The notes: generated by a model from the sequence alone, not told the origin. 64,000 nt of DNA from Paracoccaceae bacterium (GCA_026989055.1 JALSKC010000003.1:16828-80827); one strand, 5' to 3'. Numbered from the stretch's first letter, positions 1 to 8,284 are shown. A program made the numbers and translations.

Positions 1-1387
1 GCAGGGCAGAGACCCCGGGCGCGCTGATCACCTCCACCCGGCGGGCGGAATCGGAAACGCCCCCGGCCTGCGCCGGGCGGTCGAGCAGCTCGAACACCAG
101 CGCCCCCATGGCGTAGATCCCCGCATCGCCCGAGCAGACCAGCGCCACGTTCTTCCCCCTGCCCGCCTCTTCCAGCGCGTGGCGGCAGCGCGCCTCCTCG
201 CCGCCCAGCGGGAACTCGGCACGCAGCTTGCCGGCGGCCAGCGGCCCCAGCAGATCGAGATACAGCCCGTAGCCCACCAGCGTATCGGCCTCGGCAATCA
301 GCCGGCTGGCCTCCGGCGTGCGCCACGCCGCCTGGCCGGGACCGATGCCGACGATCGCCAGCCGCCCGCGCGCACGCCCGCGCAACCGGGTGATCGGCAA
401 GGGGGCTTCGGCCAGCGCGCAGGTGGCCGCGGCGCTCTTGCGCTTGGCCAGGCGCAGCCGCGCCTTCGGCCCGGCCGCCGCCAGCGCCGCCCCCTCTGCC
501 ACCCCGTGGCAGCCGACCTCGGCAAAGACCGCCTCCGAGGGGGTTTCCAGCCGCCCCGCCTCGGCCTCGAGCTCCGCCGCACCGAACAGCCTGAGCGCCA
601 CCCCCAGCCGCGCCGCCAGGTCCAGCACCGCCGGTTCGTCGGCTTTCAGATCCAGCGTCGCCACCGCCTTCAGGGCGCCGGGCGCCACCTGCGCCGCGGC
701 CAGCGCCTCGCGCGCCAGCCCCTCCAGTTCTTCCGGGGCGCAGCCGCGCGCGCACCCCACACCCAGTACGAAACGCTGCGGATGGTAGAGCAGATCCGGC
801 GGCGCCATCGTTACCGGCTTCGCGGTGCAGACGATTTCCACCGCATCGCCCTCGGGCAGATCGGCCAGCCAGCCGGCCTGCGCCGCCGCCTCGCCCGAAA
901 GGCGCGCGCCGCCGCCCTGCAACAGCGCCATCATCGCCGCCCTGGCGTTTTCCTCGTTCGCCAGAACCCAGCCCTCGGGCGGCTCATCGAGCGCCACCCC
1001 CAGCGCCACCTCGCCCGCCGTCGTCACCGCTGCCATACCGCCCAGCGCCTCGGCGATCTGCCGCGCCAGGCGGTTCGCTCCGCGGTGTCCGCCCAGCAGC
1101 GGCACCACCACCACGCCGTCGTCGGAAACCGAAACCACCGGCGGCTCGGCCCGCTTGTCGGCCAGGAGCGGCGCCACGGCGCGGATCAGGATGCCGCTGG
1201 CGCAGACCCCGACAACCGGCACCCCGGCGGAGAACAGGCTGCGCGCATGTTCCAGCGCATCGGGAAAGAAGGCATCGGCCCTTTCCACCCTCCCCGCGCG
1301 CCCGTGCAGCGCCGCGCCCAGCGCCCGGGCCACCCGATGCGCCGTTTCCTCGCCGGCGCGCGACAGCGCCATCACCACCGGATTCAC
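1..1387 (-). CDS. cobJ: CbiG-like domain fused to precorrin-3B C17-methyltransferase (CobJ); 3' end runs off the window
   Basis: Open minus-strand frame from GTG at 1385-1387 (GTGA overlap with the cobI stop) to the window edge. It is absent from the ORF track because it has no in-window stop. My translation: VNPVVMALSRAGEETAHRVA...VVGVCASGILIRAVAPLL (CbiG-type), then RLAIVGIGPGQAAWRTPEA...VALVCSGDAGIYAMG (tetrapyrrole methylase motifs). Confidence 0.8.
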   Translation of the reverse strand, partial: MNPVVMALSRAGEETAHRVARALGAALHGRAGRVERADAFFPDALEHARSLFSAGVPVVGVCASGILIRAVAPLLADKRAEPPVVSVSDDGVVVVPLLGGHRGANRLARQIAEALGGMAAVTTAGEVALGVALDEPPEGWVLANEENARAAMMALLQGGGARLSGEAAAQAGWLADLPEGDAVEIVCTAKPVTMAPPDLLYHPQRFVLGVGCARGCAPEELEGLAREALAAAQVAPGALKAVATLDLKADEPAVLDLAARLGVALRLFGAAELEAEAGRLETPSEAVFAEVGCHGVAEGAALAAAGPKARLRLAKRKSAAATCALAEAPLPITRLRGRARGRLAIVGIGPGQAAWRTPEASRLIAEADTLVGYGLYLDLLGPLAAGKLRAEFPLGGEEARCRHALEEAGRGKNVALVCSGDAGIYAMGALVFELLDRPAQAGGVSDSARRVEVISAPGVSAL

Positions 1388-2121
1388 AACCACGGATCGG
1401 CCCCCTTCATCACGAGGATCATGGAAAAATACGGTGCCGCATCCGGCGCTTCGGCCAGCGGGCGGATCACCTCGCCCGCCATTGCCGCCCGTTCCACGTA
1501 ATGCGCCCGCGCCGTCAGCCCCATGTCGTCAAGCAGCGCCCGCAGCCGCGCCAGATGCCGCCCGACCTTCATGATCGCGGCGCTGTCGCACAGCTGCAGC
1601 CGCTCCCGCAGCGCCGCATCGTCCAGGGTTGCCGGCAGCATCGTCAGCACCTCGTCGCGGGCTGCCAGCGGCAGGCCGGCCGCCGCCGCCGCCGCCATCG
1701 GAGAGGCGACACCGGGCACCGCCCGCACCGCGAAACGCCCGCAAAGCCGCGCCTGCAGATACATGAACGAGCCGTAGAACAACGGATCGCCCGCGCAGAG
1801 AAACACCACATCGCGCCCACGCTCCAGAACCTCGGCGATGCGCGCCGCGCCCGCATCATAGGCCGCCTGCGCCGGGGCGCGTTCGGCTGTCATGGGCACC
1901 TCGATGCGCAGTTCCTCGAAAACTCCGGGCAGCAGGGGGGCGGCAATTTCCCGTGCCAGGCTTTCCCGTCCCGGCAGGGCGGGGTAGGCCACGACCTGCG
2001 CCGCGCCGATCAGCCGCGCCGCCTTCAGCGTGATCAGCTCCGCATCGCCGGGCCCCACCCCGACCCCGAACATAACCCCCGGCTTCACCCTGCCCGAAAC
2101 ACTCTCGCCGGAGGCGCTCAT
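1384..2121 (-). CDS. cobI: precorrin-2 C20-methyltransferase
   Basis: Tetrapyrrole methylase motifs GVGVGPGDAELITLKA and FLCAGDPLFYGS. The internal ATG at 2119-2121 forms an ATGA overlap with the cobL stop, so I prefer it to the track start at 2139. Confidence 0.9.
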   Translation of the reverse strand: MSASGESVSGRVKPGVMFGVGVGPGDAELITLKAARLIGAAQVVAYPALPGRESLAREIAAPLLPGVFEELRIEVPMTAERAPAQAAYDAGAARIAEVLERGRDVVFLCAGDPLFYGSFMYLQARLCGRFAVRAVPGVASPMAAAAAAGLPLAARDEVLTMLPATLDDAALRERLQLCDSAAIMKVGRHLARLRALLDDMGLTARAHYVERAAMAGEVIRPLAEAPDAAPYFSMILVMKGADPWL

Positions 2122-3317
2122 CGCTTCACCAGGCTCCACTGGGTGACCGGGCGCAGGGGCTTCCAGCCGCGCATCCCGCCGATCGCCTCGGCCCGGGCGA
2201 CCGAAAGCCTCACCAACTCACCGCCATGTTCCGCCTGCAGGCCCGCCAGCATTGCCTCGCTTTCCAGCGTCACCGCATTGGCCACCAGCCGCCCCAGCGG
2301 CTTGAGCGCCTCCCAGACAGCCGCGAAGACCTCTGCCGACAGCCCGCCGCCGATGAACACCGCATCCGGTGCCGGCAGCCCTGCCAGAACCGCCGGGGCC
2401 CTGCCCTCCACCAGCTCCAGCCCCGGGGTGCCCAGCGCCAGCGCGTTTTCCGCTGCCATGGCGCGGCGATCGGCCCGCGGCTCGATCCCGATCGCGCGGG
2501 CATGGCGGGCCGCGCGCATCCACTCCACCGCGACAGAACCGCAACCCGCGCCCACATCCCACAACAACGCGCCGCGCATCGGCATCAGCTTGGCCAGCGT
2601 CACCGCCCGCACCTCGCGTTTGGTCATGGTGCCGTCATGGGTGAACAGCTCGTCCGCAAGTCCCGGCACCCGCGGCAGGAGCGCCGCGTCGGGGGCGGCG
2701 ATACACTCCACCGCCAAGGTGTTGAAGGGCGGCACCACGTGGCTCCAGCCTTCCGCCAGCCCCTCGAAGCGCCGCTCGTTCTCGCCGCCCATGTTGGCCA
2801 GCACCGTCATCCGGCTCTGGCCGAAGCCGCGCTCCACCAGGAAGCGGGCAATCTGCGCCGGGGTGTCGGCGCCGGTGGTCAGGATCAGAAGCCGCTGATC
2901 GGGCTGGATGAAGGCGATCATCTGCTCCACCGGCCGGCCGTGCACGGTGAGCGTCTCCACATCGGCCATGCTCCAGCCCATGCGCGCCGCAGCCAGCTGA
3001 AAGGCCCCCACATGGGGGTGATAGACGATCTCGGCCGGGTCGATGACCCGCCCGATCCGCGCGCCGACGGAAAACCACAGCGGATCGCCCGAGGCCAGTA
3101 CCACCACCCGCCGCCCGCGCCGGGCGCGCAACGCCTCGATCAGAGCATCGAAGGGCGAGGGCCAGCACAGGCGCTCGGCCCCGATCCCCTCGGCCAGAGC
3201 CTGGTGGCGCTCGCCACCCACCAGAACCTCGGCGGCTTCCACCACCGCGCGGGTGGCCGGCGTCAGCCCTTCCAGCCCGTCCTCGCCGATGCCGACCACA
3301 TGCAGCCAGGGTTTCAT
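2118..3317 (-). CDS. cobL: precorrin-6Y C5,15-methyltransferase (decarboxylating)
   Basis: 399 aa. N-terminal tetrapyrrole methylase (VVGIGEDG, LASGDPLWFSVG) plus C-terminal SAM methyltransferase domain (LWDVGAGCGSVAVE). Lies in a cob operon. Confidence 0.92.
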   Translation of the reverse strand: MKPWLHVVGIGEDGLEGLTPATRAVVEAAEVLVGGERHQALAEGIGAERLCWPSPFDALIEALRARRGRRVVVLASGDPLWFSVGARIGRVIDPAEIVYHPHVGAFQLAAARMGWSMADVETLTVHGRPVEQMIAFIQPDQRLLILTTGADTPAQIARFLVERGFGQSRMTVLANMGGENERRFEGLAEGWSHVVPPFNTLAVECIAAPDAALLPRVPGLADELFTHDGTMTKREVRAVTLAKLMPMRGALLWDVGAGCGSVAVEWMRAARHARAIGIEPRADRRAMAAENALALGTPGLELVEGRAPAVLAGLPAPDAVFIGGGLSAEVFAAVWEALKPLGRLVANAVTLESEAMLAGLQAEHGGELVRLSVARAEAIGGMRGWKPLRPVTQWSLVKR

Positions 3318-3958
3318 GCGCGCACCTCCGGCAGCCCCGCCGCCAGCGCGTTCACCGCTGCCGCCGCCATGGCCGAACCGCCGCGCCGACCCCGCAACGC
3401 CACGAATTCGCAGCCGCGCGGATCGCGCACCAGTTCCGCCTTGCTCTCAGCCGCGCCGACGAAGCCCACCGGAAACCCCAGGATCAGCGCCGGCCTCGGC
3501 CAGCCGGCATCAAGCAGCTCCAGCAGGTGAAACAGCGCCGTGGGCGCGTTGCCGATCGCCACCACCGCACCTTCGAGCCTTTCGCGCCACAGTTCCACCG
3601 CCGCAGCCGAGCGGGTGTTGCCGATCCGCGCCGCAAGCGCGGGCACGCGCGGTTCGTTCAGCGTCACCACCACCTCGTTTTCCGCCGGCAGATGCCGCCG
3701 GATGATGCCGGAGGCGACCATCTCGCAGTCGCACAAGACCGGCGCACCGGTCGCAAGCGCCGCCCGCCCGGCCTCGAAGGCGCGCGCGGAAAAGGCCAGC
3801 CTGTCGGCCACTTCGACCATCCCGCAGGCATGGATCAGGCGCACCGCCAGCGCCTCCATGCCGGGGCCGAAACGCCCCAGCCGCGCCTCGCGCCGCACGG
3901 TGGCGAAGCTTGCGGCATAGATTGCCGCCGGGTCTTTTTCATAGGGCCGCATGTTCAT
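3314..3958 (-). CDS. cobH: precorrin-8X methylmutase
   Basis: 214 aa CobH/CbiC family (LIHACGM, AIGNAPTAL, GFVGAAESK). ATGA overlap with the cobL start. Confidence 0.92.
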   Translation of the reverse strand: MNMRPYEKDPAAIYAASFATVRREARLGRFGPGMEALAVRLIHACGMVEVADRLAFSARAFEAGRAALATGAPVLCDCEMVASGIIRRHLPAENEVVVTLNEPRVPALAARIGNTRSAAAVELWRERLEGAVVAIGNAPTALFHLLELLDAGWPRPALILGFPVGFVGAAESKAELVRDPRGCEFVALRGRRGGSAMAAAAVNALAAGLPEVRA

Positions 3959-3985
3959 CTTGCCCCAAATACTCCCGCCGGAGGC
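3954..3985. repeat. 32-nt element TTCATCTTGCCCCAAATACTCCCGCCGGAGGC, copy A (31/32 identical to copy B at 16510-16541)
   Basis: Direct comparison of the two loci. Copy A spans the cbiX-cobH junction and contains the cobH start codon on the minus strand. Confidence 0.85.
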
Positions 3986-3996
3986 ATGAAGTCATT

Positions 3997-5070
3997 CTAC
4001 CCTTCCGCCTTGCGCACGCTTTCCGGCCCCAGGGGATGTTTCGCGTGCGGATATTCCGGGTGGTGGTGGTGATCATGCTCATGATCTCCGTGATGATGAT
4101 GGTGGTGCCCCGCCATCTCCAGCCGGCACTCCCCGGTGCAGAAATCATCGCACAACTCGCAATCGGCCACGTTCGAGCCCGGCGCGCTCGCCCCCTGTCC
4201 TTCCACGTGATGGTGGTGGCTTTCCTGCACCATGCCCACCTCGGCCTCGAACCCCAGAACCCGAGTGCGATACTTGCAGGTGCCGCAGGTTTCGGGCACC
4301 GCCTCGCCCAGCTGCTCCGTCACCCGCTCGGCGAAGGTTTCCAGCACCTTGGGGTGATCCCTCAGATAACCGGCCTTGACGAATTCGATTTCCGGATGCG
4401 CTGCGGCGACGCGATCGGTGAAGCCGCAGATGCGGTCGATCAGGATGCCGGTAAACAGGAAGTACGGGAACACGATCACCCGCCGGTAGCCCAGCCGCGC
4501 CACATGCTGCAGTGTCGGCGCGACCAGGGGGAAGGTCACCCCCGAATAGCCCACCTCGCACCAGCCGAAGCCCATGCCCTCCCACAGCATCCGGGCGATC
4601 TTGGCCACATTTGCGTTGGCGTCGGGGTCCGAGGCCCCGCGGCCGATCACCACCAGGCAGGTTTCCTCCAGCGGCACCTCGCCATTTTGCGCATTCGCAC
4701 GCTCGACCGCCTCGCGCACCCTGTCGCCGGCGGCGGCCAGCATCTTCGGGTCCACCCCCAGCTCGCGACCGCAGGAAATCTCGATCCCATGCCGCGCCGC
4801 ATAGGTATTCAGCACGGTGGGGATGTCGTTCTTGCAGTGCATCGCGGCAAACAGCATCCCCGGCACCGCGAGGATCCGCTCGCAGCCCTTCTCGCGCAGC
4901 CGGTCGAGCCCGGCGCGGATCACCGGATTGGCGAATTCCAGATAGCCGTATTCGCATTCCCACTCCGCAGGCAGCAACGCCGGCAGCCTTTCGGCCAGCA
5001 CCGCAAACTCATCCACCGCTGCCTGAGAGCGCGAGCCATGCCCGCAGATCATCACGCCGATCTTCGTCAT
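3997..5070 (-). CDS. cbiX: long-form CbiX sirohydrochlorin chelatase (two CbiX domains, Cys cluster, His-rich tail)
   Basis: IGVMICGHGSR and VVIGRGASDPDAN CbiX motifs. C-terminal tail CELCDDFCTGEC plus HHHHHHGDHEHDHHHH. The start at MTKIG (5070) is preferred because GGGAG lies 8 nt upstream; the track start is 5085. Confidence 0.88.
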   Translation of the reverse strand: MTKIGVMICGHGSRSQAAVDEFAVLAERLPALLPAEWECEYGYLEFANPVIRAGLDRLREKGCERILAVPGMLFAAMHCKNDIPTVLNTYAARHGIEISCGRELGVDPKMLAAAGDRVREAVERANAQNGEVPLEETCLVVIGRGASDPDANANVAKIARMLWEGMGFGWCEVGYSGVTFPLVAPTLQHVARLGYRRVIVFPYFLFTGILIDRICGFTDRVAAAHPEIEFVKAGYLRDHPKVLETFAERVTEQLGEAVPETCGTCKYRTRVLGFEAEVGMVQESHHHHVEGQGASAPGSNVADCELCDDFCTGECRLEMAGHHHHHHGDHEHDHHHHPEYPHAKHPLGPESVRKAEG

Positions 5071-5441
5071 CCGTTCAACTCCCATCAGCGGTGGACGGCC
5101 CTGCCGCCACGCATCCCGCCCCCTCCCGTGCCGCCCGCAGGGGCGCGGAGGCGCAAAGGCACCTTCCGGCGATGGAAACGATGGAACCGCGGTTCATCCC
5201 TGCATCCTCCTCCCGACACCGAACAGCCGAGAGGACAGGCCGCATCCGTTCCGACGACGCTGCGTCCGATCCCCGGGGTGGGTCGATCGTCGGCAGCCAC
5301 CTCTCTGGCCAAATGGCTTCGTCGGAACCGGTATAGGCGCCCCGCTTCCGCCCGGCAACGGCAATTGCACCGCCGGCTGTCGCGGGCGCGAGCGCGCCGG
5401 TGCGCCTTCGGCCCGATGCGGCTTCGGCGGGCGCTGTAACT

Positions 5442-5822
5442 TCAGTGGGCGCCGTAATGGGCGACCAGGGCGCCCAGATCCTCGGGGCGGACCTCGGCGG
5501 GCATCATCGCGCAGGCGTTCGGGATGTGCCGGAAGATCGAACCGTCGGAAAAGAACCGGCTGCTGGTAACGAAGATGACCTTCGCCTCGGGCTGGCGGTA
5601 GCTGCAGAAATCGGCCACGGCGAAGGCGCTGCCCTCGGTCAGGATCAGGTCCAGGATGATGATGTCCACCCGCTTCAGCTGCAGGAAGCGGATCGCCTCC
5701 TTCTGGCCGGTCGCCAGATCGACGCTGAATCCCTGCCGCTCAAGGTGCCTCCGCCAGAGGCTGCCAAGCGATTCGTTTTCCTGAACGATCAGTACATGTA
5801 TCCGGTCTGCACCCACACCCAT
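5442..5822 (-). CDS. single-domain response-regulator receiver (CheY-like), atypical
   Basis: HVLIVQENE...VDIIILDLIL...KVIFVTSS receiver pattern. The position that usually reads K-P reads MP (CAMMPAEV). I trimmed the track ORF (5933) to the MGVGADRIHV start because a 13-bp tandem duplication lies in the extension. Confidence 0.7.
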   Translation of the reverse strand: MGVGADRIHVLIVQENESLGSLWRRHLERQGFSVDLATGQKEAIRFLQLKRVDIIILDLILTEGSAFAVADFCSYRQPEAKVIFVTSSRFFSDGSIFRHIPNACAMMPAEVRPEDLGALVAHYGAH

Positions 5823-5834
5823 CCGATCTGCACC

Positions 5835-5860
5835 CAATGCTGAAGACCAATGCTGAAGAC
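5835..5860. repeat. perfect tandem duplication, 2 x 13 bp (CAATGCTGAAGAC)
   Basis: Read directly at 5835-5847 and 5848-5860, just upstream of the receiver gene start. Confidence 0.95.
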
Positions 5861-5926
5861 CGCCGCCTCTCTCGAACGAATTTTTCTCGAATTGCCCATG
5901 CCCCCGGGGAATTTCGGCCCAATTTG

Positions 5927-5942
5927 TTAACAAATGGTTAAC
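5927..5942. promoter_or_regulatory. CtrA-type box TTAA-N7-TTAAC (TTAACAAATGGTTAAC)
   Basis: Exact match to the alphaproteobacterial CtrA full-site consensus, in the AT-enriched divergent region between the receiver gene and the DUF1636 gene. Confidence 0.5.
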
Positions 5943-6048
5943 TGTTTCCGGAATCCGTTAATCGGCCGGCGGAAACTCGCCGGTTGCACCGGAACACCGC
6001 ATGGGGTCAAAGAGGTGCGGCGAGGGCATCAGGGAGCGCGACCGCACG

Positions 6049-6420
6049 ATGACGACCTGGATCACCATCTGCGACACCTGCAGATACGCGGGGCAGGAAG
6101 GCGCCGATCTGCGCCGGACCGACGGCGAACGCCTGGCCGAGCTTCTGGAGCGGCGCGCCGCAGGAACCGCCGTGAAGACCCGCCGCGTCTCCTGCCTGAT
6201 GGGCTGCGCGCATGGCTGCAACCTGACGGTCCAGGCCGCCGGCAAGATCTCCTACGTCATCGGCAGATTCGCCCCCGAAGCCGACGCCGCGGATGCCATA
6301 ATCCGATATGCCGAGCTGCACGCCCGGAGCGAAAGCGGCCAGGTGCCCTACCGGCAGTGGCCCGAAGGCATCAAGGGCCATTTCATCGCCCGCCTGCAAC
6401 CGCTCCCCGAAGACGGATGA
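6049..6420 (+). CDS. DUF1636-family predicted metal-binding (thioredoxin-like ferredoxin fold) protein
   Basis: MTTWITICDTCRY...VSCLMGCAHGCN Cys pattern typical of the cob-cluster-associated DUF1636 family. AGGGAG lies upstream of the ATG at 6049. ATGA overlap with the next gene. Confidence 0.7.
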   Translation: MTTWITICDTCRYAGQEGADLRRTDGERLAELLERRAAGTAVKTRRVSCLMGCAHGCNLTVQAAGKISYVIGRFAPEADAADAIIRYAELHARSESGQVPYRQWPEGIKGHFIARLQPLPEDG

Positions 6421-7373
6421 CGGGAACACCGGGCAGGGAGCACGGGGGCGGGCTCGACGCAGCGATTGCCCGCCACGGCGGAAGCAGGGCGGAGTGGATC
6501 GACCTTTCGACCGGCATCAACCCCCAGCCCTACCCCCTGCCGGAGCTTGCGCCGGATTGCTGGCACGCACTGCCCGACAGCGGTGCGCAACAGGCGCTGG
6601 AAAGAGCCGCGCGCCGGTTCTGGAACATTCCCGAGGGGCTGTCCGTTCTGGCGGCCCCCGGTGCCTCGGCCCTGATCACGCGCATCCCCTTCCTGATGCC
6701 GGCCGGCACGGTCTCGATCCCCGGCCCGACCTACAACGAGCACGAGGCGGCCTTTGCCGGCGCGGGCTGGCGGATCGGAACCGGCCCGATGCCGGATTCC
6801 GCAGCCGACGCGCTGGTTCTGGTGCATCCGAACAACCCGGACGGGCGGCTCCATCCTCCCGGGCTGGCCGGGCGCAGGCTGACGGTGATCGACGAAAGCT
6901 TCTGCGACCTGCAGCCCGACGCCAGCCATGTGGGCCGGGCACTGCCGGAAAACGCGATCGTCCTGAAGAGCTTCGGCAAGTTCTGGGGGCTGGCCGGGCT
7001 GCGCCTGGGGTTTGCCATCGGCCGGGCGGGGCTTCTTGCCCGGCTGGGCGAGGCGCTCGGCCCCTGGCCCGTCTCCGGCCCCGCGCTGGCGGTCGGCACC
7101 GCGGCGCTGTCCGATCCGGGCTGGGCCGAAAGAACCCGCCTCCGCCTTGCCCGGGATGCCACGCGGCTGGATGCGCTGATGCTGGCAGCCGGCGCCCGGC
7201 CGGTCGGCGGCACCAGCCTGTTCCGCCTGTATGCGGTAGCCGATGCTGGCGCCTGGCAGGCCCGCCTTGCCCGGCGGCGGATCTGGACCCGGCGCTTCGG
7301 CCACATCCCCCGCTGGCTGCGCCTGGGCCTGCCCGCCCCTGCGCAGTGGCCGCGGCTGGAGGCCGCCCTGTGA
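6417..7373 (+). CDS. cobD: L-threonine-O-3-phosphate decarboxylase (CobD in Salmonella naming, CobC in Pseudomonas naming)
   Basis: Class I/II aminotransferase fold: LVHPNNPDG, and KSFGKFWGLAGLRLG (PLP lysine). The track ORF 5934-7373 was trimmed to the ATG coupled to the upstream stop. Confidence 0.85.
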   Translation: MTGTPGREHGGGLDAAIARHGGSRAEWIDLSTGINPQPYPLPELAPDCWHALPDSGAQQALERAARRFWNIPEGLSVLAAPGASALITRIPFLMPAGTVSIPGPTYNEHEAAFAGAGWRIGTGPMPDSAADALVLVHPNNPDGRLHPPGLAGRRLTVIDESFCDLQPDASHVGRALPENAIVLKSFGKFWGLAGLRLGFAIGRAGLLARLGEALGPWPVSGPALAVGTAALSDPGWAERTRLRLARDATRLDALMLAAGARPVGGTSLFRLYAVADAGAWQARLARRRIWTRRFGHIPRWLRLGLPAPAQWPRLEAAL

Positions 7374-8284
7374 ACACGGTGCAGATCCTCGCCCTGGCGC
7401 TGGTGCTGGATGCGCTTGCGGGCGAGCCGCGCTGGCTCTGGTCGCGCCTGCCGCACCCGGTGGTGCTGCTCGGCCGCGCCGTGGACCGGCTGGAGCGACG
7501 GCTGAACCGCGGGCGCCACCGTCGTGCCCGGGGGGTGGTGGCGCTGGCCGTGCTGCTGGCCGGGGCGAGTGCCGCCGGGGTGGCGCTGGAGGCGCTCCCG
7601 GCGGGGCCGCTGCCGGAGCTTCTGGTGCTGACGGTTCTTCTGGCGCAACGGTCGCTGGTCGAGCACGTGCAGGCGGTGGCCGATGCGTTGCACCGCACGC
7701 CGGAAGAGGCACGCCGGACCGTGGCCCGGATTGTCGGACGCGACACGGGGCAGATGGACGAACCCGCAATCGCCCGGGCCGCCATCGAGAGCGCTGCCGA
7801 AAACTTCGCCGACGGGGTGGTGGCACCGGCCTTCTGGTTCCTGCTGCTGGGCCTTCCGGGGGTTCTGGCCTGCAAGGCGGTCAACACCGCCGACAGCATG
7901 ATCGGCCACATGTCCGCGCGCTACCGTCGCTTCGGCTGGGCGTCGGCGCGGCTCGACGACCTGATGAACTGGCTGCCCGCACGGATCGGAGCGCTGCTGA
8001 TCCTGCTGGCCCACGGGTGTATCGGTGCGCTGCCCGCAATCCGGCGCGATGCCGCGCAGCACCGCTCGCCAAACGCCGGCTGGCCCGAGGCCGCGATGGC
8101 CGTCGCGCTGGGGGTCGCTCTGGCCGGGCCGCGCAGCTACGGCGGGCGGATGCGCGACTTTTCCTGGATCAACCCCGCCGGGCGTTCCCGCATCGGGGCA
8201 GGAGAGATCCACGCCACGGTGCGTGCCCTGTGGCGCGCCTGGGCGCTCGGCGGCGGGCTGGTCCTGCTGGTCGCGATTGCCTGA
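7370..8284 (+). CDS. cbiB: adenosylcobinamide-phosphate synthase CbiB (CobD in P. denitrificans naming)
   Basis: Membrane protein with HPVVLLGR, GRDT, ESAAENFADGV and NTADSMIGH motifs. GTG start in a GTGA overlap with the previous stop. Confidence 0.9.
   Translation: MNTVQILALALVLDALAGEPRWLWSRLPHPVVLLGRAVDRLERRLNRGRHRRARGVVALAVLLAGASAAGVALEALPAGPLPELLVLTVLLAQRSLVEHVQAVADALHRTPEEARRTVARIVGRDTGQMDEPAIARAAIESAAENFADGVVAPAFWFLLLGLPGVLACKAVNTADSMIGHMSARYRRFGWASARLDDLMNWLPARIGALLILLAHGCIGALPAIRRDAAQHRSPNAGWPEAAMAVALGVALAGPRSYGGRMRDFSWINPAGRSRIGAGEIHATVRALWRAWALGGGLVLLVAIA

Noticed and set aside
5934-6416. Long N-terminal extensions of the cobD (5934) and cbiB (6308) track ORFs
   Set aside because: The extensions overlap the DUF1636 and cobD coding regions out of frame. 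ATGA/GTGA coupled starts at 6417 and 7370 give proteins of normal length that begin with family-typical N-termini.
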